Shown here in pieces: positions 1-11,149 of a stretch of DNA of 64,000 nt. The stretch spans positions 5,244,914 to 5,308,913 of the forward strand of contig NC_134034.1 of the NCBI RefSeq assembly GCF_964204645.1, written 5' to 3'. How positions within the stretch are numbered: position 1 is the first letter of the stretch; each line of letters begins with the position of its first letter. The notes under the pieces are model-generated. The model ran no database searches, had not been told where the DNA came from, and worked only from the letters and a program-made list of their open reading frames with translations. The position numbers and the translations under genes were made by a program. Origin of the DNA: Tubulanus polymorphus. Its lineage: Eukaryota; Animalia; Nemertea.

Positions 1-1358
1 CTTCATAGGCGTCTCCAAACCCCATCAGAGTATATACAGGATCAGTCACATCTTCTGGAATCAAACACCGTTTAAGTCTTATTTCTTCTAATAATGGGAG
101 GTCGTTCACCCATTTTGACCACGGTACTTGTAATTCTTCACTGAGTGGATCATCCCAACCAGGAACTTGAACCCATGACTTCTGAAATATCATCTTACCA
201 CGTACAGTAAATGGTGACAAAAAAACCTGTTGGATCAAACAGTCGATTTAACGTACTCAAAACAGTGCGACGTGTGTCAATACCATTTTCAACATTAACA
301 TTACTAATACCAAACATCAAAACATCATCTTAACTCACCATCATCACTTAACTCCCAGTGCCTTGGTAACCGCTCCATTATCAGTTATTTCCATGTGGTA
401 TGAAGCAAGATCTTCTTCTTTCATCCCTTTGAGACATTCTGGTTTGTTGGATATAAACTTTCTTAAAGGAAACCCTCCTTCAGTCATCATAGCCTTCATG
501 TCTGAAGCCAGTGAAGCAGTGTCGTTAACAGAATCTGCTCCGGAGATTACATCATCAACAAAAATATTTTCCTTTATTTCAGAACATGCCTTGGGGTAAC
601 GATCTTTGCAACTTTCAACATGATCCATCACAGTTTTAATACTTGAAAAGGCGACGACTTAATACCAAATACCACACGTGTCATTCTATAGATTTTCGGT
701 GGTTCATCCGTCTTCAAATCTCTCCATAGAAAACGTAGACTATCTCTGTCTCTTTCATTAATCCCGATTTGATGGAACATTTTTTCAATGTCAGCAATTA
801 ACGCAACCTTGTGTTGGCGAAATCGTATAAGAATTGCTAGTATGTCCGGCTGGAGTGCTGGACCAGGAATCAGAGTGTCATTAATGGAAATTCCTTCAGG
901 ACCCTTCGACGCACCATCATTCACTATTCTGGTTTTAGTTGTAGTACTGCTTTTCTTGAGAACAGGATGGTGAGGAAGATACCATACAGTACGTCCATCA
1001 GTTGGTTCCTCATCTTCGATAACTAATTCTGCTCTTCCAGAAAGAATCAGGTCATCAATTTGCTCTTTGTACTGTGATGCTAACTCTGGATCCCCTTTTA
1101 ATCTTCTTTCAATTCCATACAGACGATTCTCAGCAATTACTCGATTAGACTTTAACTTGCGATCTTTCCAATCAGGATGTTTGAGTAAACCAGTCTCGTA
1201 TCTACCATCTTTAAAAACAGTTTTTTCTTCATGTTGCTTTAAAGCATCAGTCTCCAAAATAGTAAACTTGGAACTTATTCCACGCGGTAATATACCAATA
1301 CGTTCCAGCTCCCAATGCTTGACCGCTATCTCAGTCGGATCTGTTATATCTACTCTTC
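1..1358 (-). pseudogene. BEL/Pao pol: reverse transcriptase and start of the Pao RNase H-like region, frameshifted
   Basis: ORFs 628-1257 and 344-631 carry BEL RT motifs. The frame upstream of 1257 reads DITDPTEIAVKHWELERIGILPRG and joins FCRV at 11150 once the insertion is removed. Confidence 0.9.
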
Positions 1359-1655
1359 TATGGAACGCGATTCATGCAATAAACATGACCATTGTTACGA
1401 CGTAGGATAATTGCTGCGCCGTAGTATATTTGCGTCGGTGTATATTTTCTCCGACGTAGGATAATTGCTGCACCGTAGTATATTTGCGACGTGTCTACTT
1501 TTCATCGCATCTATTTCGCTGCGACGTGGGTAGTTTGTAACGACGTAGCTTATTTACGTGAAGGTTCCATAGTTCACCGTATGGTGGCGCCACGGTATTA
1601 TATATTCAATAAAGTTAGAATTTAATTGAATCATATCGCTCTTTTCGACGCAACA
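1359..1655 (+). repeat. Left TIR of the IS3EU-type element, with internal direct repeats CGACGTAGGATAATTGCTGC
   Basis: Reverse complement of 10853-11149. Confidence 0.95.
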
Positions 1656-2183
1656 CTCAGGGATTCCCCATGGTCCATTCCCCATTGCTTGTTGAGCAAA
1701 TGGCATCAGACCACAATTAGGTACCTAAAATGAAAAAGAGGTCCTCCATAAATGTTGCCATAATTCTGCAAATGGGATAGGTAACGAATTTCGGTTATAT
1801 GTATGAAATCCATTGGTCCTGAGAGACAGATTGATGATGAAATAAGGGATTCCCTGGACTTTTCTTGCTTGGAGTAAGGGTACCAAACCCGGTGGGGCAT
1901 TCCCTTCTATATTCGGTCCAGATGTACTGGCATACCTGTACTGGGATACCCCTCCTTTCTAAAGGTTTGATTATTTCAAAAGTTAGGTTGGGTACATGGG
2001 GCGAAAACCACTTCAATGCGTAGCTAAGATGCTGGTCTATGAGGCATACGCAGGATTTCCCCTGAATTTACGCGCTTATATGTGAACTAAACGTTTGAAT
2101 TTCTTGTTTTTACCATAGGATATAGAAGATTTTGGAATAGTGGTCTGAGCTCAAATGGCAAATTCCGCGCAAATTCCAATACA

Positions 2184-4690
2184 ATGAATGTCGTACTCTC
2201 AGAACTTAATCTACACCATCTAATCGAAAGATTTCAAGAAGAAAATGTAAGTAGTAGTAGTAGTAGTAGTCCGAATATCAGAGAGTGTATGGGTTCCTGG
2301 ATCATGGGAATTACCAATTCAAATGATAATATTACCGCTAGATAAAAGTATTGTTTTATTTTTAACCATTTTGTTGTAGGTAAATATTGATATCGTAAAG
2401 CATCTTTCTCATGAACAGCTTGTGGAATTAGGAGTCCACAATCTTGGCGACAGAGTCTTACTGATAGACAAGTGCAAAAATCCAGTTCCACGAGAAGTTG
2501 GTATGTCATAATATTGAAATTATTTCTTGCTCAACAATTTGAGGCAATGGCCAATAATGAGATGAGATTGCTTGATTATATTCAGTTAGGGAGCATCTCA
2601 AAATGTTGATAGTTACTTCAATTAGAATTACTCGCGGAAGGGGATGGGGGGGGGTAAAGGCCTCCCGCGGATTCATCACCACTGCCGAACTATCGATTTA
2701 TTGTGGTGCAATAACGATAACATTGAATTGAACCGTCTCTCGTTTAGATGCTGTTGATATTTTAGATGTATTTTATTTTGTTTATAAAAGTCTATTAGGC
2801 TTTAATAGGTTTTTCACTTGTAATTTTGCTATTTTATTTTTCAATTAAAAGTTGTGATAATTGCGAAATACACTCGTGAGAATGTCTTATCTTTGTCTGT
2901 GGTTTCTCATTAGAAAATCAATAGTTCCAACTTTGAAAGGGTGGGGTGGGGGGTTAGAAAGAATTAGACAGTTATTCTAATTGAAGTAACTATCGAAATT
3001 TTGAGATGCTCCCTTTAGTCATACTCGTATGTCTTCTCTTCCTATTAATCTGATGCTAGATAATTAAATTTCAGCAATGGTTCGTGGAAGACCTAAAAGA
3101 GAGATACCATATCAAAGTCTTGAATATCTTATTCTACATACATTCACTTATAAAGAGATTGGCATTATGTTCAATGTTTGTGAAAGAACTATTGCTCAAC
3201 GTGTTATGGAATTTGGACTTCGCGTCTCTAATATGTCAGATAAATTATCAGGTGGGTAAGGTCTTGTAAATCACCTATGATATCTGAATACAGCTACATT
3301 GGTTTTCGCATTTCTTTAAACCGGTAAACGCCTAATTCGGTGGAAAAAATTAAAGTCCCAACTGTACTGGTTTAGGCGGAGTCTACTGTATTTCTTACTA
3401 GCAAATAAAGCATAATTTTTCTATTTGCAGATGATATTCTTGATGACATCGTGGCAGATGCTGTGGCCATTCATCCTAATTGGGGAGAAAAGCTACATGC
3501 TGGCCACATACAAAGTTTAGGCCTTAGAGTTCAGCGTGACCGGATAAGGGAGTCGTTAAGACGGGTCGACCCAGATGGAATCGATGAGAGGAAACGGAAA
3601 ACACTGAAGAGAAGAGAATATTGGGTTCCAGGGCCAAATTTTATATGGCATGTAGATGGCAATCATAAGTTGATTAGGTATAGATTTTTGTCACTTACAC
3701 TTAATATTTCCTCGATGTATTTGAAAAATATCAAAATGAAGTATTCTATCCAAAATGATTTCACGATATTTAGCCTTTGACGAGAAGTTCATGTGTATTT
3801 CAAACAATAATTAAGAAAGCATTATTGTTACATGGATATTAGTAATACATTGTATGAACAATATCATTGAAAGATAACATTTATTGAATTTTCAGATGGC
3901 GTATAGTAATTCATGGGGGAATTGATGGATTTTCTCGGATTCCTGTCTTTATGAGATGTAGCATAATTGCATAACATAATTGCACATCCTGACATTGCAT
4001 TACATAATTGCACATCCTGACAGAGGCCCTGGGCATTTTATTACTGGCCGCAGTGTCCACAATCAACGGATAGAAAAACTTTGGCGCGATGTGTATTCTC
4101 TCTGCACATCTACCTTCTATAATTTATTTCATTCACTAGAAGAAGAAGGTTTACTGATAGCAGACAATGACGTTGACCTGTATGTTTTGCACATGGTTTT
4201 TCTACCCCGCCTACAAAACAGCATTAATCGCTTTATTGATGCCTGGATATGTCATAAGGTCAGAACAGTGGGTCAGTCACCGCTTCAATTATGGTTAAGA
4301 GGTGAAAACCAAGGCAGCCCTCCTGTTGGTGATCATTTGGTAAGCGAAAAAAAAAACACATGCACAACTTTTTCAGTAGAATAATTTTTCAGTTAATTTA
4401 TTTATAATCATATTCTGTATAAATTGGTAATACAAGTTTTGAGCTCAAAATGATGTGTGCCAATTATATTCTCTTTCATTTAGGAACTAATGGCAGCTAA
4501 CTTGGATGATCACGAGAGAGTTATGGTGCCCTTAACTCCATGTCCCATAGATGAAGCAGATCTACCAGTGTTCCAAGAGTTGTCAAGAAGTTCAATGGAA
4601 ACAGAACATGACTTAGGAAAAAATGCTTATATTGAAATCCGACAAGCTTTCCTGCATTTATTATTGGTATATACAGTCAACTCCTCTTAA
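2184..4690 (+). pseudogene. SAM - HTH - integrase-core (DDE) transposase, six exons, catalytic core partly deleted
   Basis: Exons 2184-2246, 2380-2500, 3075-3251, 3431-3677, 3896-~4339, ~4485-4690; phases of the first four introns checked. Motifs: SAM (ELGVHNLGDRVLL), RGRPK, [47 protein letters not shown]. The usual RVRSDxGxEN segment is missing at about 3960-4000. Confidence 0.85.
2588..3014. mobile_element. MITE in transposase intron 2 (Harbinger/Tourist-like GGG..CCC ends)
   Basis: About 40-bp inverted termini AGGGAGCATCTCAAAAT...ATTTTGAGATGCTCCCT. Confidence 0.7.
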
Positions 4691-4983
4691 TCCGGATCCC
4701 ATTAATCCGGATTTTTAATTATTCCGTAGTCATTTCAAAGTCCCGTTTTTTCTTGTTCAAATCCTTAATAAATTATTCAGTTAATCCGTATGAAATAATC
4801 CGTATTAATGCTGAAGTAATCAATTTACAAGTGAAAAAATTAATAATACACCCCTTAAGGGCTATTTCCTGCCTATACTAGGCCAGGTATTAATATTCTG
4901 AGAATTTTCAAATAATCTGTATTTTCAGTTAATCCGTATGATTTTGCCAGGTCCCACTTCTACGGATTAAGAAGAGTTGACTG
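4674..4983. mobile_element. Tc1/mariner (pogo-like) MITE; supplies the stop codon of the last transposase exon
   Basis: TA-CAGTCAACTCCTCTTAATCCG...CGGATTAAGAAGAGTTGACTG-TA. Confidence 0.8.
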
Positions 4984-5241
4984 TAGACTGTAGACTTGAC
5001 TGTATATAGATAGAAACCAGCTGAATCGTTTATCTGAAACACCAATTTTATGTATTATTTGTTCAAAAAATATAAAAACTTAATGGACTGAATAAATGAA
5101 TAACGAAGTAGTCTTATGAATAAAACATAAGTTCATAAACTGGAATGTTAATTGTCAATCCACAACAAGCCTTTTGATATCAATATGATTGAACTGAAAC
5201 CTTGACTGACAAATTCAATGACCGGTTTTCCCTTGAACCTG

Positions 5242-5469
5242 TTACCCTTTAAAGCCTGGCCCACTCTAGGGATATATCAAAGGTGAGTGTATGATGGCAC
5301 ATTTCCCATCACCTGCCTTTGATAAATTCCAAGAGGGGGCACTTTTAAGAGTCAACAACCAGTATGCTGGGCGGGGACGGAATTTATATTCGTGAGGGAT
5401 CAGGCCCAATTCCCGACCACCGTCATACTAGCTATTGACAAAAAGGGTGCTTTGAGCTTTAAAGGGTAA
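5242..5469. mobile_element. Short inverted-repeat element, piggyBac-like CCC..GGG ends
   Basis: TTACCCTTTAAAGC...GCTTTAAAGGGTAA. Confidence 0.5.
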
Positions 5470-5601
5470 AGATTCTAGGACTATTATCCGACTTAATACA
5501 TAGTAAATAAAACATACAAACAAATGGGATGTGTGTCATGAGGATTTCATGTTCATTTACTTCGAATATTCATTTAAAATGAATGCATGTATAAAATCAT
5601 T

Positions 5602-8600
5602 TTATATACATCCAAATCCCGGGGAATTGTATATACAAAATGTCATCTCCTTGACAAAACTTTTAACCTCAAGCATCTTTTTATTCACTGGAAGTCTTAT
5701 TACCATGGCACAAGTATTGGCATGTACTAAGTATCCATCACCACTATGATTGAACTCGATCCTAGGCTTGTGGTGGAAACCTATTATTGGTTCCTGAGAA
5801 GATCCTGTGACAAACATGTGAATATCCTCCAAGGACAGGGTCATCTCGCCAACATCTGTTTTTTCCTTGATATTGCCTTCTGTAACAGAATTTAATGAAA
5901 ATAACTCATTGTTTGTTTCAATTATCAAGTTCAGAATGCAGAGAAATAATAATTTTGTTACATAAGTTTGTTCTGTGAAAAATAAAAATGAAATTAAAAA
6001 GAATAGCAGCCTTAAAATGGATTTTGACTGTAGATGTATAAATGATAACACCAGGAGGTGCTTAAACCTACCAAATGATTCTTCGAGTAAGAACGTCCAA
6101 TTCATGATAATTTGTTCTTCTTCTACCCTCTTATTTGATCCAGGAGGGGAGTAATCAACATGAAATAACTGTGTCATGTAGTCTACGGACGTTGGACTTG
6201 GAGCCCCACTAAAGACCTTTTCGAATGATGAGGGGAATTTGCGGATGAGATCCAGAACTCCGAGAGTCGACATGCCTGCATAACATAAGATGTACAAGAA
6301 TTCAAACATTGTAGCCCTAATGAACAGAATCGTACCGAGCTCTCTGCGTGAACAGAAAACAACCTTAAACCCAAGCTGAGACCGAAATGTAATATAGCTG
6401 CATTCGCAAATTCTACTGCTAAACTGTAAAATACTAACCTTCTAGAAGTTGGTTTAGCTCTGATTTTGAACGGTGAACCAGGGAGTTCAAGGCCAGATAC
6501 TCTACTATCTTTTGTTTGTCGGACAATTTTATGAAAATAGAGGGTTTTGTAAAGCCCATTTCAAAGCGACATTCTAGATTTTCATCTACAAATTTCACCA
6601 ATTCAGCTTCGTCACAAATCTCATTTAGCTGCAAAAGAAAGTTGAAACAATCAAATGTGTATTAGTACTGTCTTATAATGAACCCGAATACAAACTCTTG
6701 AACTGAGAGTCCAGGGAAACCATGCCTACTTTGTGAAATGCTTGACAATTTGACAATTCAATATTCAACATCATGGTAAACATATACAAATCAATGAGCT
6801 TGAAACTCATTAGGAAGCTACAGGTCGAGGAATTAGCAATAGCCCAAGTGGGCTAAAAAGTGAATGCAACAGCCCACTAGGACTTCAGTACAAATGGGCT
6901 AAAAAAATCAATGAATACTACACCTGTTGTAGTTTTTTGCGTAAATCGACATCAGGCACTTCTTCGACAACGATTGTTTTGGCATCATACTTCTCGTACA
7001 GGATAATTTTGGCAATTAATGAATTAAAAAAGCGGGCCCCAGCCCCGCCATGAATAAGGTTCAAAGCTATTAACTGGCCAAAATGAAAAAAAAGATCTGT
7101 TATCCAGAGCTACCAAGTCATGACTCAGTGATCTCGAATTTTCTGGCCCAACAAGAAGCGGAGATCTAGCAGCCTCTGAAATGACTAATTCCAGGAATTC
7201 CCTTCGAGGACCACCATTGTCAATTCCAGCCTCTCCCAAGAAGGTCACTTGAACAGGCTTGGTTAGTTTTGAAGAATTCGTCCTCTTCAGCTTAGCAACG
7301 GCATCTTTAAAGATAAACTTTCTTCTACACGTGAAACTCAATGTCTCTTCGGAATCTTGTTCAACTACCTTGGCAGCGTGGTCTTTTACGATAACCTCAA
7401 GAGAACGGCCATCCCTAAAGTGAAAATATTTCATTCTATATTTAACCTTTGAAAATAAATTGAAAAGACCTTAATGAAGTGCAACATAATGATGTGATTT
7501 AAACTTGGTTACAGTCGCTTTTGTGAATGTTAACAAATACTTTTTTTGGTTAGGGTTAGAGTGTATGGGGCACCCACACACCGCTACTGCGGCAATCGAG
7601 GATTCCACTCATGGCAGGCGAGGATCCGCCAGGTTCGCTGGTAGATAGTTGGTCGTCCGCGTTCAATTTCTTCCACATTTCGATTAATTAAATCTGAATG
7701 AATTTTTCTCTTATCTTTCCGATACCTATGTAAAAGAATGAATTTATTGCATATTTGCATAGTATATGGATTCGCGAGTCTAAAAATTCAGTTCAATGAA
7801 ATTCAATGAACTGATTTTGAGAACGGAAGACCTGTCGCCATCAAGTGGGTGAATCGCGTTCCATAGATACCTGGTGTTGTGGGTTCCCCATTGAGAAGGA
7901 AAGCATGTACATGTACCATATATAATAAATCTACACACCGATAGCCTAAGAAAGTACACATAGACATATAAAAAGCAGAGACCTGAATATAGACTCGGTA
8001 ACAAAAATATATCCATGCTACTACCTTTGTTCTTTTAGATAATGATGCCGTAACTGTAAAATAAATTTGGATTATCCATGACAAGTGTGAATGTGGCATC
8101 GTGAAAAGCTGATAGAAAATTGTCTATGAATGTTAATGCAAGAAAATATAGTTTTTCAATTTCCTGAGTTTAATACAATTCACGTTGACAGTGAAAAGTT
8201 TACGACCGTGGCTTACCGTTCCTCTTTCAATTGTGGTTCCACCACCTCGGCTAAGCTGTTAGCAATTGCCTGATTCAAATCTGCATCACTGTCATCATCT
8301 GGAAACATCATATCTAAATCGGTAGTAAGATCAATAAACTCCTGGTGCCTAAAATAAAACCAATTATGCATTTTATATAAGCTAATTTAGTACAAGAATC
8401 AGAGGGTGTGTCCAGGATGCTGGGAAGAAGCAAGCCATTTAAGACAATCATCTCGGCTTTTTATGAAACTAATAATGCATTAAATATCTTACATTTACAT
8501 GTATGGTAAGTAGTATTGACACCTGATGATGAATTGTAAAACATACATCAACATCACCATATACAGCGAATGTGGAATATAGCTGCTGAAGAAACGTACC

Positions 8601-10778
8601 TGTGGAAATTGTAGGCTGAATTAGGCCGAACTTGTTTAGGATTTCTTTCTGCATCATTTGTCTGTAATCCATAATAATGATAATCCTTAGGTCCATTATA
8701 GAAAACTTATCACTGATAAAATATTTAGTGAGTGTACTTTTTAATTCAGCAGATACAACAAACATAATAAACTGTTATTGCCTGCAATCTGAAACATCTT
8801 GTTACAATGTACATGTATATTACAAGCTATACATACAGACGAAATGCTCCTCTTAACAGCAGCAACAGCAGCAGCAGCAGCATTTGAAATCTTCGGTAGA
8901 TCATCGATCAAACTAGCGATTTAAGAATAATATTTAAAAATTTAATTCCTTTCATCTGTAGAGTGGAATCCTCATCATAACAAACAATAAATCAATTCAT
9001 CAGATACGGATAACATACATGTATATAGAATTGCGACCCAAGTAAGACAAATTAATTTTATACTGGTTTTAACCAACAGGACCCGGTTCCACAGTAGTGA
9101 GTTAGAGTTAACTCTGAGTTAAAATTAGTTAATTTTCAATGTTTTAACTCAGAGTCAAATCTTAACTCACAACTGTGGAACTGGGTTCTGATTTTCTGGT
9201 CCTGTGAAGTTCGTTGTAATAAGAAAAAATATATACCCGTCACAGCTTTCAGTGTGTTCCCTCAACAAAGAGAGTGGAAATTCCGGATCGCATTTCAAGC
9301 CCTTTTCTTTCACTGATTCCGCCTACAACCAGAAACAAATTTTATTGATACTTAAGATCATTTATAAGAACAGCAGAAAATAGTTCATTGACTCACCTTT
9401 GGAGTAGTTTGCGACAATATCTCTCTTTGTATGGGGCGAATATAGATTTTTCCTCGAGCCACAAGGCTCTTCAAGGCATACGGTGTGATGGAGCTGCTTT
9501 CAATGTCAAGCAGCTCCAACATTTTATTTGCCCTGGCAGCAAGAAACTCGAAACCACCACCGGTGGACAACTGTGGAAACACTTCGAACAATTTACCTCG
9601 AAGTTCTATGAATGTTGAATCTTTTTCTATTTCCAATGTTTTCTCGCCCAATCCTGACTGTATCAGGCTAATTCTACTTTCCCTGTCATGCGGAATAACC
9701 ATCTGGAAGCAATGAAATAAAACCATTATTGAAACAGATCGTATTAGTGATAATTCGAAGATAACTTCTGCAAAAGCAAGTTATTAACTTGAGTTATACA
9801 ATGTACAGTTACTTTGGTATTTTTTAATCAAAACAGCTTTACAATAGGCCTATTAACTTTTCAATGTCTGAACTGCTGGTATATGAATGAAAATCTATAA
9901 CTTACACAGTCAGGATTGCCTAGACAAAAGAAAGTTAATTTCATCATAGCCGACTTGTTTTTCGGATCCTTTTTTTTATGTAAATAAAGTTTTCCTCTCC
10001 TTGCCTATGTCATAGGACGGAATAGGTACAGCTAAAAATTTAAAGCATAGGTTTAGTACTGGTACTCGTTATTACAACTTATGATTGTAAATTCCCATTT
10101 ACTCACTTGGACGATTAACACTAGTTGATGATATAAAGTGCCGACATTTCACTTTCAGGAGTGCTCGATCGCCCATTCTTGTTACTCCCATGGAGGTGAG
10201 GTCAGTGTCGAGCATTGCTACGACAGCTGCTGGAGTTACCTGAATAAGATAATGAAAATATTCTGCAAAACACATTATCTCGCTTGTGCTGTGAGCCCAA
10301 TTATGTTACCGCTTCGAGAGAGTAGGTATAGACTCTGCGCCTGGAAAAATGTTGTTACCGGTTATTGAGAAATACCAGAGCCAGAAGAGCACTTAGTTTA
10401 CATCCTTATTACACGTCACAAGACATTACTTCAGGCTTGTAAAGCTGCCTAGCCTGTCATTAGTCATTATAATAATAAAATGATCTTAACATATCACAAT
10501 TCATTTCCATCAACAGGAGACGATCGTCCGGGAGTGGGTGCACGTGCCGGGCGACGATATGGTCTGGATCTTCTCCATATCGACGATCCATCCATCCAGA
10601 TCCATCAACGTATCGTCCGCCGGCGGCGGCACTCGACACTGGTGGTAAGTGGTAGGCCTATGTATATATCTGGATGGATGGGCTTATTGTCCTTATATTG
10701 AATAGTTATCCTTACATTTTCCCTCCGGAATGTTTCTATTACTTCATCAAGTTTCAACTCGGAAAGAATTGCATCCAT
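5602..10778 (-). pseudogene. Multi-exon HECT E3 ubiquitin ligase (SAM, Ubl/PB1-like, UBZ-like, SIM/UIM, HECT), frameshifted
   Basis: Exons 10778-10716 and 10239-10107 encode a SAM domain. 9702-9398 is a beta-grasp-like domain, about 9325-9240 a UBZ-like finger, and about 8350-8218 reads FIDLT...DADLNQAIANSLAE. HECT N-lobe FLGEAGIDNGGPRREF (7434-6925); C-lobe FVTGS and ANTC ending PGFGCI*. Lesions near 9975 and 7090. Confidence 0.85.
9078..9188. repeat. Palindromic hairpin element (MITE-like) in a HECT-gene intron
   Basis: GGTTCCACAGT-GTGAGTTA...TAACTCAC-ACTGTGGAAC arms. Confidence 0.6.
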
Positions 10779-10852
10779 GATTTGTATACCGGCGTGATTA
10801 GATTAGATTAGATTCGAAGGAAAGCGCGAAAGTTTCGGATTGTGGCGTACTA

Positions 10853-11149
10853 TGTTGCGTCGAAAAGAGCGATATGATTCAATTAAATTCTAACTTTATT
10901 GAATATATAATACCGTGGCGCCACCATACGGTGAACTATGGAACCTTCACGTAAATAAGCTACGTCGTTACAAACTACCCACGTCGCAGCGAAATAGATG
11001 CGATGAAAAGTAGACACGTCGCAAATATACTACGGTGCAGCAATTATCCTACGTCGGAGAAAATATACACCGACGCAAATATACTACGGCGCAGCAATTA
11101 TCCTACGTCGTAACAATGGTCATGTTTATTGCATGAATCGCGTTCCATA
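10853..11149 (-). repeat. Right TIR of the IS3EU-type element
   Basis: Reverse complement of 1359-1655. Confidence 0.95.

Larger units (their letters stand above)
1359..11149 (+). mobile_element. IS3EU-type DNA transposon (TATGG...CCATA termini) carrying a transposase and a HECT ligase gene
   Basis: 297-bp TIRs; 6-bp flanks CTCTTC (1353-1358) and CTCTAC (11150-11155), a TSD with one mismatch; integrase-fold transposase inside; excision restores the BEL reading frame. Confidence 0.85.

Noticed and set aside
1067-1405. ORFs ending WNAIHAINMTIVTT (also 11103-11468)
   Set aside because: The shared tail is read-through into the IS3EU TIR; the plus-strand ORF is antisense to BEL pol.
5602-10778. 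HECT gene as the host G2E3 orthologue
   Set aside because: It lies within TIRs, lacks the PHD/RING-like N-terminus of G2E3 and is frameshifted, so no gene symbol is assigned.
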